Shown one piece after another: positions 23,201-34,000 of a stretch of DNA of 64,000 bases; the stretch's first letter is position 1, and each line of letters starts with the position of its first letter. Below the pieces are notes generated by a model. The model did not search any database, had not been told where the DNA came from, and was given only the letters and a program-made list of their open reading frames with translations. Made by a program: the position numbers and the translations under genes. The stretch spans positions 620,001 through 684,000 of the forward strand of contig MU054187.1 in NCBI GenBank assembly GCA_013239625.1, read 5' to 3'. Source of the DNA: Lama guanicoe (taxonomy: Eukaryota).

Positions 23201-26200
23201 CCTCTCCTGTCCCCCCTGGGACGCCCGATCGTCTTGACTCTAAGTTCATTTCCTGCCATTTTCAACTTCCTCCATTTCTTGCTAGTTTCAGGTGATCAAC
23301 AGCAGATCCAAAATTCATCTCAGAAGTGCCAAAAAAAAAAAAGAAGACTTGAGTGCTCACTGGCCTGTTCATCTCAGGCTTTTCTCAGCAAAAATGTGTG
23401 CAAAGGGTACAATTCCAGCGCCAGCCCTGTCTGACTCTTTCAGACCTCAGGATTCATTAAAAAGCTTAAACTCATATAAAAAGGGTGCATGTGGGAAGGG
23501 CCTGCTCAGTGTGGACGTTTCTGCGAGCCAGGGGGTCTCCCCAAGAGCACGGGGTCCTTGGAGGGAGCGGGGGCGCCCCGCCAAGCTGACCCCGCCACGT
23601 CGCGAGTGAGTCCTTTGTGCCTGCGCCTGCAGGCGCAGGGCCTGGACGCTGATCCTGAGGGGCAGGCGCGGTGACCCGGGCCGCTGCTCTTCCGCTGTGT
23701 GTTTATCCGGGGCACGAGCGTGCTGGGCGCACGGTTACGTCTGTGAAGTACCAAACTGTGGGGCCTGAGGTGTGGGGGACAACTTTCTTTGTCCCTGGGG
23801 AGGCCCATCTTGTGACGATTGCTCCACCTGAAGAGAAGGGCTCTCTCCCCCTTCCCTCCCCCCGTAGCCTGAGGGGGAGGCAGGGGGCTGCAGGCGGGAC
23901 CCCGGAGCCAGGCAGCAGGTGGCCTGCCCTCGGCTGACAGGTGTTATCTGCTCCCGTGTCACGGATGGCAGGTGTCCTCCCTCCTGCTCAGATACGGGAA
24001 TCCAAATATTTCTTTTAAGGAAAACCTTCAAAGCCAAGCAGATCTGTTTCTGTCAGCATCTGCAGGCCAGTCCCCTGTGCTGCTTGTCACGGGCTTAGTT
24101 ACGCAGCATCACATGTGCCCGCCCTGCACCTCGCAGCACGCTGCACAGTCACTCAGTTTGCTCTGGCTCAGACCTTCTCCCGGCTCCATAGTCTGAACTC
24201 AGCAAAGTAAAGGGAGCCCGAGTCCAGCCCTGCGACTCGGCACGTGCGGCGCCAGGAGGCGTGAGTCTGCGTGTGTGTGCGTGCTCGTGTGCACGTGGGC
24301 CTGCGTGTGCCTGTCTGCTCGCCGCCTCTCAGACGGCGCTGGATGGGGTCGGAAAATGTTTACTTTGAGTTCATGGGGGGATCAGGGCGAGGGAGGGGAC
24401 AGGTGTCTACACTGGTGCAGCTGGAGTGACCCTTGCTGTCCGAGGAGGGAGCAGCTCGCCTCTGGCATCCTTCCCCAGCGCCGTTGGCTCTGCAGCAGGC
24501 TGGTACTGGGAGGGAGGTGGTTGCCGCCTGTCCCAGAGTGGTCCCGTGGGAGCTCTCGGCAAGGCCACCAGGTTCCAGGAGACGCCGTGGACGCGCTCCC
24601 CACCAGAGTGGGAGCCGGGGGAGGGGCCGGAGGCGGCCTTGCTGAGGGCCGGGGCACAGCCAGCTCAGGTGCGAAGGCTGCCCCAGGAAGCATTTGATGG
24701 AGAATTGATTACGTGATGATTATAAAAGTCTTTTCTTTTAGTGACTCAAGTTATCAGCAAAATTTTATCATCCGGACTGTTTGCACGTTCCAAAATGTGT
24801 TTGCAGGAACAAACAGCTTCTTAAAGAGCTGAGGGTTGGAGCCAAATTACTAAATGGGAAGAATGCTTGGGAATTTTGGAAGACCAGCCAGAAAGCTGTC
24901 CTGTAACAAGTGAGTCTACAAACCTCCTTTGATCAGAAAGAAGTAGATGTACAGGAATCCCAGTAGCAAATTCTCCGTTTTGAAGTAACTTGTGGCCTCC
25001 TTACCTGCTGCTAAAACGCATCCAAAGACAGGAAACAGCGTCCTCCAGCAAGGCGAGAGGGTCAGAAAGGCTTTCGAGACACGCACGGGTAAGAAGCCCC
25101 GCTGAAATCAAAGCATCCAGTGAATAATGAAACGACCAATGTTTGAATTCTGCTTTAAGGTTTAAAATTCTTTAACATGCAAAGAGATTTGGGTCCAAAA
25201 GCCAGTGTTAAATGAGGGGTCAGCATCCTTTCCTTCTTGTACCAATTTTGTGCTTGTTGTTTTGATTGTGAAAGTGACACAGACTATTGCAAGTTTAGGA
25301 AGCGAAGCATGAAAATGAGTTCCAGTTCACGTCACGACTTTCAGAGTCCGGACCTTGTTAACCCCTGGGCCATTTACTCTGGTCACACACACGCTTCATC
25401 CGTGGCTGTCTCACGTCTGCCTGCGGGACGAGCGTGAACGAGTGTGTGCTTCCTGCGCGACCCTGGCCAAGTGTCCCGCATCCTGGACACCGTTCGTGGG
25501 CGGGGTGGGTGGCGGGGAGGCAGAGTGTGCGCCCCACGTCCTGTGCCCCCATGCGGGGGCGGTGGCTGTGGAGGCGCCTGGTGTGGACGCACACGAGGGG
25601 TGCAGCCCGAGCGCTGGGCGGCGTCAGCTCCGGGCTGGGGTCTGGACGCTGCACCGTGTCCGCCATGTCGCAGGTGCGCGGTTTACTCGTCGTTCTGCAA
25701 ACCCTCTCTGTTTCTGATATTTTTCACTTAAACAAGCGATGCATTCACACCTCTGTTTTCTTTACTGACTCAGAGTGGACTCTTGGCCATGAAATCGTTG
25801 CATCAAAATATACCCCTGTAACGGCTCCGCATTTTTATAAACGAAAACTTTTCCAGGAAGCTCCTCTTTGGCGACACCCGTCTTCCGACGCTGCGATGGC
25901 AACTGTGTACTCGTGACCCTCGCCCCCAAAAACCTTACATCTCAAAGTCATGTTTATTACAAATTCTAGGGAAACGGGATGCAAAATGATACACAACTGA
26001 GCACTGAATCCTGGAGTTACGGCATCTCCTCTTCTCTCGTCAGGAATCTCTCCCTCCCTTCCGGGTTCTCAGACCTGCTGCTTTCCTTCCTCGTGGATGA
26101 GGAGGGGTGGCACTTAACTGCGCAGCAGTGCGGGCCGGGGGCATCGCGCAGACGGGCCTGAGGCCGCGGGGGTTCCAGCGCCCAGCATCTCCAGGTGGCT

Positions 26201-26948
26201 CTCAGGTGCTGACAGCCTCTTCCTCTGTCCGCGGCGAGGGCGCGGAATCCTTCTGGGCCCACACGCTGTCACCTCCTCCCACTGGAGGGGCCTCCCGTCT
26301 GTGCCGAGAGCCCCGCCCCAGGCCGCTGACCCCCAGGCCTGGCCTCTCCCGTTGCTCCTGCAGAGTCTGCCCCAGCCGAGGCCCTGCTTCCATCCCCGCC
26401 AGCCTGCTCCTTCACCTTCACCCTCCTCGCGTTTCTAACGGCCTGCACTTGGGAGCCCTCAGGTGTGCTCAGGGGAGAAGAAGCAAAAGGGGGTTTAGAC
26501 ACAAGCTGACCTTTGAACAGAGAAGGGCGGTCTGGCCCGGCCGAGCCGCACGAGTGGGCAGCCTTGTCACTCTGACCTCGAGGGACAGGGACCTCCGACC
26601 TCTCTGAGAGGGTCTGGTTGTGTACCCACACTGTCCCGTGTGCGGGCCACAGGTCACACAGCTGCAGACACTTGAAGTGACCAGGGAACTGGGCGTCGTC
26701 AGCTTGACTTCACCTTCAGGAGCGCAGATGTAAGCAGCCCCGCGCTGGTGCCCGCGGTGCAGGGGGCTCTAGACGCCCGTCCAGGAGGACTCAGGCCGGC
26801 GAGAGTGTGGACACCTGCTCCTTCCCCTCCTCACCTGCCCTCTCCCTCTGCCCACGTCAGCTGCCGCAGATGCGGAACCAGGAGGAGATGTCCCTGTCCC
26901 AGGCCCCAGACCCCAGCTCCACCCCCAGGTCCTGCCCTCCCCCTCCCT

Positions 26949-27144
26949 NNNNNNNNNNNNNNNNNNNNNNNNNNNNNNNNNNNNNNNNNNNNNNNNNNNN
27001 NNNNNNNNNNNNNNNNNNNNNNNNNNNNNNNNNNNNNNNNNNNNNNNNNNNNNNNNNNNNNNNNNNNNNNNNNNNNNNNNNNNNNNNNNNNNNNNNNNNN
27101 NNNNNNNNNNNNNNNNNNNNNNNNNNNNNNNNNNNNNNNNNNNN
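26949..27144. other. Assembly gap (N run) within a C/T-rich polypyrimidine tract
   Basis: 196 Ns flanked by ccctcccc repeats. Confidence 0.98.
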
Positions 27145-27449
27145 CCTCCCTCCCCCTCTCCTCCCTCCCCCATCCCGTCTCCTTTCCTCCCTCCCTCCTT
27201 TTCCTTGAGAAGGTACCGCTCACTGGGTACTAGGTGAGAGGCAGGGATACAACCACACATAAAATGAACATCACCCGCTGACAGCAGAACAAATAAATGC
27301 TTAATAACATTATTCAATTCACCATTATTAATTAAGAATGAGGATAATAAATCAATATTGAGTAATAATAATAAATACAAAGTGGTTGATATTGATAGTA
27401 AATAAATAACATGCCAAACGTTGGTTTTTAAAAAGTAATTATTCTTTTC

Positions 27450-27905
27450 GTAAATGTTTTATTTTAGAAAAATTTAGCTTTAAATTCACAGAAAAAGCCA
27501 GACGTAATCCTGTCTGCTCTGCACCCAGCCCCCGTTCACGCTGTCACAGCACCGACACTGGATCCAGGCTTCGCTGAGGTCCCTCAGCTTCTGCCCGAGG
27601 CCCTCCGGCGAGAGCGCCCGTCCCGCGAGGTCCCCCTGCCCCTTTGTGCCCCTGGGTCTGTGATGTCCTCAGACGGCGCCGACAGTCTGGGGAGGGCTGG
27701 CCGGGTGCCTCGCAGCGTGTGCCTCTTCTTGGGTTTGTCAGATGCCTTTCTCATGACTGGACGGGGGCTGCGGGCCTTCCCGTCCCGTCCACTCGAAGGC
27801 ACACGCCGTGTGAGGCTTGACCTTTATTCTCTTGACAACGTGTTTTGCAGAGAAAACGTTTTTAATGTTGATGAAGTCCAGTTTCTGAAACGTTCCCTCA
27901 CAAGT
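27450..27905 (-). mobile_element. Old LINE-1 fragments (L1MC/ME-like 3' UTR at about 27450-27785, late ORF2 piece at about 27810-27905)
   Basis: Recognisable antisense L1M strings: ttttattttagaaaaattt, ttgggtttgtcagatgcctttctcatgac, and ttattctcttgacaacgtgttttgcagagaaaacgtttttaatgttgatgaagtccagttt. Boundaries and subfamily are approximate. Confidence 0.65.
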
Positions 27906-28039
27906 CGCCTCGCGGCTCTGCCGGCTCTGCCCGTGTGTGCTGGGGATCTTTCACGAGGTCTGTGAACGTCTGGGGCTGCGTGTCCCCTTGATGGACCAGT
28001 GTCTCAGGAGCTGCCTTTACCGTTCCCCGTCACGCAGGC

Positions 28040-28460
28040 TGGCTGGCGAGGAGCTCTTTCAGCTCTTGTAGGTCTTAAAAGTCATTATTTAGCCTGTGTT
28101 TTTGAAAGACTGCCCTCCCCTCCCCTGAAAAGAGTTCTCCGCTGACCGGTTTTCGTCCGTGTCGCTGTTTTAGACATGCTGCTCCTCTGCCGCAGGCTCG
28201 CGTTGTCGGGGTCCTGCTTCCAGGCTTCTCCTTGGTCCTCTGCGCAGTACGCCTTTTCCCCTTTCTGGGTGCTTTGAAGATTTCCCCGTTATCGCTGATT
28301 CTGAGCGCCTTGCCGACAGCGTCCTTGGTTTGGTTTCTTTGTTTTTATTACTTAGGTTTTGTGGTGCTTCTTGAACCTGTATGTTTATAGTTTTCATCAA
28401 ATTTGGAAAAATTTCAGATACTTCTTCAAATATTTTTTCTCTTCCCATTTTCTCCTCTTA
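28040..28460 (-). mobile_element. Decayed LINE-1 ORF1 fragment
   Basis: ORF 28170..28448 translates as EKIFEEVSEIFPNLMKTINIQVQEAPQ...KETKPR, matching the L1 ORF1p motif KIFEEI.AENFPNL.K.IN.QIQEAQR.P...K.TPR. It is frameshifted afterwards. Confidence 0.85.
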
Positions 28461-28510
28461 GAACTGCTGAGCAGAAGCCGTCCCGCACTCAGTGTGGGCA
28501 ATCCCAGGCC

Positions 28511-28611
28511 TTTTATTTCTTTTTAAATGTTTTAAAGTGGAGGGACCGGGGCTTGAACCCAGGACCTCGTCCATACTAGGCATGTGCTCTACCGCTGAGC
28601 TACCCCCCCCC
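28511..28611 (-). mobile_element. tRNA-Ala-derived SINE of the camelid Vic-1 type, with A-rich tail
   Basis: Minus strand reads GGGGGGGGGTAGCTCAGCGGTAGAGCACATGCCTAGTATGGACGAGGTCCTGGGTTCAAGCCCCGGTCCCTCCA plus the tail CTTTAAAACATTTAAAAAGAAATAAAA. Pol III A box (TAGCTCAGCGG) and B box (GGTTCAAGCCC) are present. Confidence 0.85.
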
Positions 28612-31032
28612 GCCTCTTAAATTCAGGGGATGTGGCACCTGCTGCATGACCTCCTGGCTCCGTGTGAGCCGCCGTCCTGCCGTCCTGCTGGAGGAAACGC
28701 TCTCTCCGCCTGGGGCTGGGAGGCAGCCCAGGGGAGGCTGAGTGATTGTGCCTGCTGGCTTTGGTGAGGTGGAGGGGGCCTGTCCGCGTTTCCCTGCCGT
28801 CTCCTGGAGCGCCGCTCTTACTTAGCTGCGTGATTTCAGAAACGGAATATCCCACGTAAAATTAAAGTTCTTTTTTTTATTTAAAAATATTACATTTAGA
28901 ACCCCTAGCATTCTGTCTGTGATTTCTAAATATTATTTCCCAATAAAAGAGACCAGAGAGTCTTAGGGGATTGGCTGATTCCTGGTCTGGGGCAGGAAGT
29001 GTACAAGGCAAGGCCAGAGCATATGGTCACTGAAGAAGTCAAAGCGCAGCGGGGTGTGCTGGGCCATGTTGAAGAGGCTGCAGGGCGCACCCTGAAGGTG
29101 GGCAGGTCGTGGGTCCTCCCGGTCACAGCTGTAACAGGTCGAGGTATCAGATACGGCTCACGCCTCCCCCCAGACAGGCCTTCCTGTGCAGGAAACGTCA
29201 CAAGTGCCACACACACAGAGGATCAGGAGTCACTGGAATCCGTCCACGTCACCGCCCCACCGACTCGTTTTTCATAAAATGCGATTACTGTGCAGCAGAG
29301 CCTTCCTACCGAACGGCGCTAACACTTACACTAAAAAAACCACCGAAGGGGAAGGAAATCTGCAGCTGAAGCCTTGACAGTGTGACCGGGAAGCCTCGCA
29401 TAAAGCGCTGCACTTCTCCTCACGTAGCCCGCGATTTTTATCACATTCCGATGGATGGTTTACAACTTGGAGTCAGGTAAGTAACCAAAACAGTTAAAAA
29501 GTTAAGTAACCAAAAAACCCAGTTGTCGAGTGTCTTTATGTTTTTGCAATAAGATTTTCTGTACTTAAGCCTGAAGTCGGGATTCGAATGCTTGTCCACA
29601 AAGTGTTAGCGAGTTCAGTTTCAGAGGGATTTTTTTGGCCACAAAATGATCACTTTTATGCACTTTGCAGCCGGCTTGTCGATGCACACTTGGGAAAGGG
29701 AGCAGTGTGACCCCTGGGCCAAGCAGACCCATTCAGTCAAGATCCGCCCGCTCCCAGCCCCGCCCACACATCTTGCCCAGCGTTTTCCTCTTTCTTTGTC
29801 TCCTGTGGTTTATTGCGTCATTCTGATCCTGACATCATAGGTGTCTGACAGCTGAGTGTTCCCGTGTGCAAAACGGAAAGCCTGCCTCTCGGCCAGTGGC
29901 CTCATGACACTCTCTCTGCCGTGGTTGCTGTCAACTGCGGTGAAGGACACCAGAGACGTGCTTTCGTTCACATCCCAGAGACCCCAGGAGGGTGACTGCG
30001 GGCAGCCGGTGCCCTTTGGGGGTCTCTGCAATTCCCCCCACCGGGCCCTGGGTTTGCACAGCATGTGCATCAAGGCCCACGGACAACCTGAGTGATGCTC
30101 TCTGGGTGGACAGCTGTCCTTCCAGGGGAAGGGGCGTGTCCTGGGCCGTGACGCAGGGGACTTAGAGTTCTGGTGACTCTGTGTGAGGAAAGTGACATCA
30201 CAACATTGTGGGAAGGAGTAACGCCACACTGGGAGGCTGCCGCTTTTCTGGTTAAAGCTGGCGAATGCTTTGGGCGCCCGAGTCCAGGCAGGGGAGGGCG
30301 GCTTTCAGAACCAGATCTGGGCCGACCTTGACCTCCTCCCCGTCCGGGCCCTCTGTGTGGCCCTCTGTTGCACTGTCAGTCACCAGCATACTGGGAAGAC
30401 GCACAGCGTCTCAGGTGCTCGGGATCAGTGACTTTGGACGGCGCTCTTGTTCTGGGGGAGGGACAACCGTCAGTGAGGCCCAGGTGCTTCTGAGGCTGTT
30501 CTTGGGGGGGAGGGCGGAGCTGTAGGAGACATGAGCACGGGACACGCGTCCCAGTGATGCCTCTCGCCCCGCCCGACGCGGGGGCAGCTTCTGGAAAGAG
30601 GCGCTGAAGCTGACGTCCCCGAGCTGGTGGCGCTCAGGGTGCAGGGCTCAGGCCCACACTGGCCTCGCCACCCAAGCCCTGTCCCCAGCAACAAGCAAGA
30701 CGGTTTTTCAAGAACGATGGCCAACTGTCCACTCGGGTCGGGGACGCCACCGGCAGGGCACAGCACTGCCCGCCCGGGCCCCTCCCCCATGGGGTTCCCA
30801 CAGGGCGTCCCGGGTGCCCCCACTGCTGCCACCTCCACACTCCCGGGTCCCCAGAGCCCCGCCTTGGCCAACCGCACGGACCCCAGGCTGTTTCTTCTTC
30901 GACGAAGGACAGAAACGCACAGAATGCATGTACGTCGAAACCCCTTCACAGGTTTTCTGCTGAAACCCAGAAGAGGCTCATTTTTAGAACTCAGAATGAC
31001 TTCAGTGCTGGGCTCCTGAGTCCACGTCTTCC

Positions 31033-31062
31033 ACCTCCGACCTCCGACCTCTGACCTCCGAC
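31033..31062. repeat. 7-bp tandem repeat (ACCTCCG)x4
   Basis: acctccg acctccg acctctg acctccg ac. Confidence 0.9.
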
Positions 31063-34000
31063 GGGCTGCCTTCTGACTGAGGAGGAGGTACGAACGTACC
31101 TGGGCCAGGGGTTACTTTCCCTCCTCCCCCCCCTCAACCATTCAGCTTTAGAGGCAAACTTTGGGTGTGATGGAGGATGGCGGAGGCTGGGGGCTCGGGT
31201 TCCAGCGCCCTTTGTCTGAGAGGCTTCTCTTCTGGCCCTTTCTTTCTGCACCCAGCTCCTTGGAGAGCATCCCCACTGTGGCTGGAGGAGCGATGCCCAG
31301 AGCTGGTTACAGAGTGTGGCCGCTTCCAGTGAGTCCATCCCAGCCTCTCGGGCAGGGAGACGCGTCCTTCCCAGGGCTGATATCAATCAGCTCGTCTTGC
31401 AGAGGCTGGACTGTGACGGCCAGGTTGTGACATGTTGTGCGTGGGGTCAGCGGCGCTTCTCCGTGCGGCTCAGAGTCCGTGCTAATGTTCCAGCGCCTGC
31501 TATCAAGACAAGATGGGTTTGGAAAGGCAGGGCCGGGGCATTTAGGATTTAGATTCAAATCCTGTGTCTCAGAGGGCACCTCGCCCGCCCCCCCCAGATC
31601 AGAAGGAGGTGGCCCCCAGACCCCCTGTGTGTCTCAGGGACTGGCGGGTCCACAGCCCCTCCTCCAGGCCACCCTTGATGTGGCCACGCCGGTCAGCACG
31701 TTGGGCGGGAGGGCCGAAGGGGCCTCCGCGTCTCTCTCTGGGTGAGTGGCCGTGGGGCTGGAAGAGTGGTTTGTGGACTGGACAGTGGGGACGCTCCCCG
31801 GCGCCTCGGGTGGCTTTCCGTGGGCTGGAGCGGGGCCGGGTCATTGCCTCAGTTTCTTGTTTGGCTCCAGTGCAGACAGAGCTGGTGTAACGTGGGTTTG
31901 CAGTCAGGGTGTCTAGAAATGGGCAGCCTTCACCCGAGATAGTCCTGTGGGGCCGCCGTCACTCAGGGTCCGCCTGTCTCGGGTGCCAGATGGGGTTCTT
32001 CCTGACGCAGAGGCCCCCCCCAGGGGGAGCGGCCCCCACAGCACCCCTGCGCCCTAGGTCCGCCCGGTTAGGTGGTGGCAGTGTTTTCATGGGAAAGAAC
32101 TACCATTTGCTCCATTCCTTTAATTTTTCTCACATTCAGCACAGTGATTATATTAGCTTCCGATTTGACTGTTTGAGAAGTGTTTTCTGTTTTCCTCCAA
32201 GGGAGAATGTGTCCCAGTTGGAAGTGAGGTGCTTCCTCATCATGTCACCTTGCTCTTGAGAAGAGAGTCTGTGGGGTTTTTCTATTATTTGTTCACTCAG
32301 GCAGCTTGAAGTCTTTGCTCCTCTCCTCCGTCCTCCACAGCGAAGGCCGGCAGACCACAGGGCCAAGGGACATAAACCTTTTAACATCACATTTCTGAGT
32401 GTTTTTTCCCTGGACTTAAAAAGTCTTAGGACTGTTACTCTTCATGGGTTGATGGCCAAACAGTTCTTTAAAATCATAGCATTTGCTTCCTGTCCTCAAG
32501 GGTCATGTGAAATCAACTACTCAAATATAGACCAGTTGCAAAACATGGGCTTAAATTAGATGGCTCCGGCTGCAGGGACAGTCCTGCCTGAGGGAAGGTG
32601 TCCTGGCCGTGGGGGCCGCGGATCCTGGGTGCAGGATCCCGGACCCTAACCCTCCCCAGCTCGGGTCTTGGCTCTGAGGCCCCAGCCGACCCGCCTGCCA
32701 GGCCTGGGGTTTTCCTGGCAGATGGGTGAATGCCCACCCTCCTTCCTTCACTGTTGTCCAGTCCCCAAGGAGGGACAGAAAGTGGATGCCCCCCATGCAT
32801 TTCCTGTGACACGGCCCCTCCCTGGGCCGGAAGTATCTCGGGGCCCCCTCTGTGGTGCAGACCGGACTCGGTTTAGTTGCACTGGGCTCCCTCGCACGCG
32901 GGCTCAGAAACGGCTCCGAGCACGATAGCTGAGTTAGTTCCTGAGCTGGCAGTGCAGCCAGGTATGGCTTCCCACGCCAGGTTCATTGTTGGCGGAAAGT
33001 CCTGGGCCGTGAGGCCGCCGGTACCCCTGCACCTGTGCTCTGAGGGCTGCACGCCCAGAGAGGCTCTCTCCCCGCACCGTCTTGCAGATGTGGACCCGTG
33101 ACCTGAGCCAGAGGGAGGAGCCGGCCTCCCCGGGACACCGGCCAGAGGACGGTGTGCATCTTCCTGTCCGCCTCCGCCCCGCGCAGCGTGCAGGCCTTTG
33201 CACATCCGGCCAGCCTGGGAGAGTGGGGACCTGTCGCCCCTCATCACTGCCGAGCAGTCAGTTTCCCTGGAAACCTGCCCCTGTTGGGCCAGATGAGCTG
33301 TCGCAGCCCGAGCGGCCTTTCACTGATGCGCACAGCTTCTGCCCTGTTTACTCAGCACCTGCCTGCCGGTCAGATCCTGTCAGATCCAGTGGTTCACGGG
33401 TTGTCTGCCACCCCCGGTCTCTCCCGCTCAGGTGCCTCATTGAAAGAAATAACTGTGGAAAATTCTCAGGGATGGGCAGGTGGACCAGCCCCAAGGGCTG
33501 AGGGGAAGAAGACGGTGCCATCCAGGCCGGAACTGGGGGCGGGAGGGCCTCCCTGCCTCCCGGGCTGCTTTCTCCTAACAGCTGGGGAGGGAGGGGAGCA
33601 ATTAGCATCTGAAAGGAGAAGCTGCCTCTGCTGCGTTTACCCAGCTAAGGCGGTGCAGCACACAAGGAGCACACGTGTCTGGAAGGAGAAAAGGTGCTTA
33701 TAAATACAGTGGCGTCACTGAAATTAAGATCTGGCAGCGTTTCTATTATAAGCTCCCACCATCAGGGGTTTAAAACTCTGCTGTGAGAACTCCAGGCCAC
33801 GGCTCGGCAACCATGTCCTTCTGGGACCCGAGCCCCTTCCTCCGGGTGGCCCGCACCCCCACCCCGTCGGCATCCTGGGAGCCAGAGGGCAGGCCCAGCG
33901 CCCTTGGGGCAGGGAAGGGGCCCCTGGCCCAGGATGGGCAGCCCCGTGGGCAGCTCTTTACTGGGTGTGGCACTTGCTCTGCACGTGACGCTTGCTCAGC

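Noticed and set aside
28538-28611. Functional tRNA-Ala gene
   Set aside because: Anticodon arm is degenerate, and it has an A-rich tail rather than an oligo-T terminator; fits a SINE.
29474-29515. Perfect splice donor CAG|GTAAGT and a 13-bp repeat (taagtaaccaaaa x2) as a lncRNA exon end
   Set aside because: One such 9-mer is near chance expectation in 64 kb on two strands; no matching exon evidence without RNA data.
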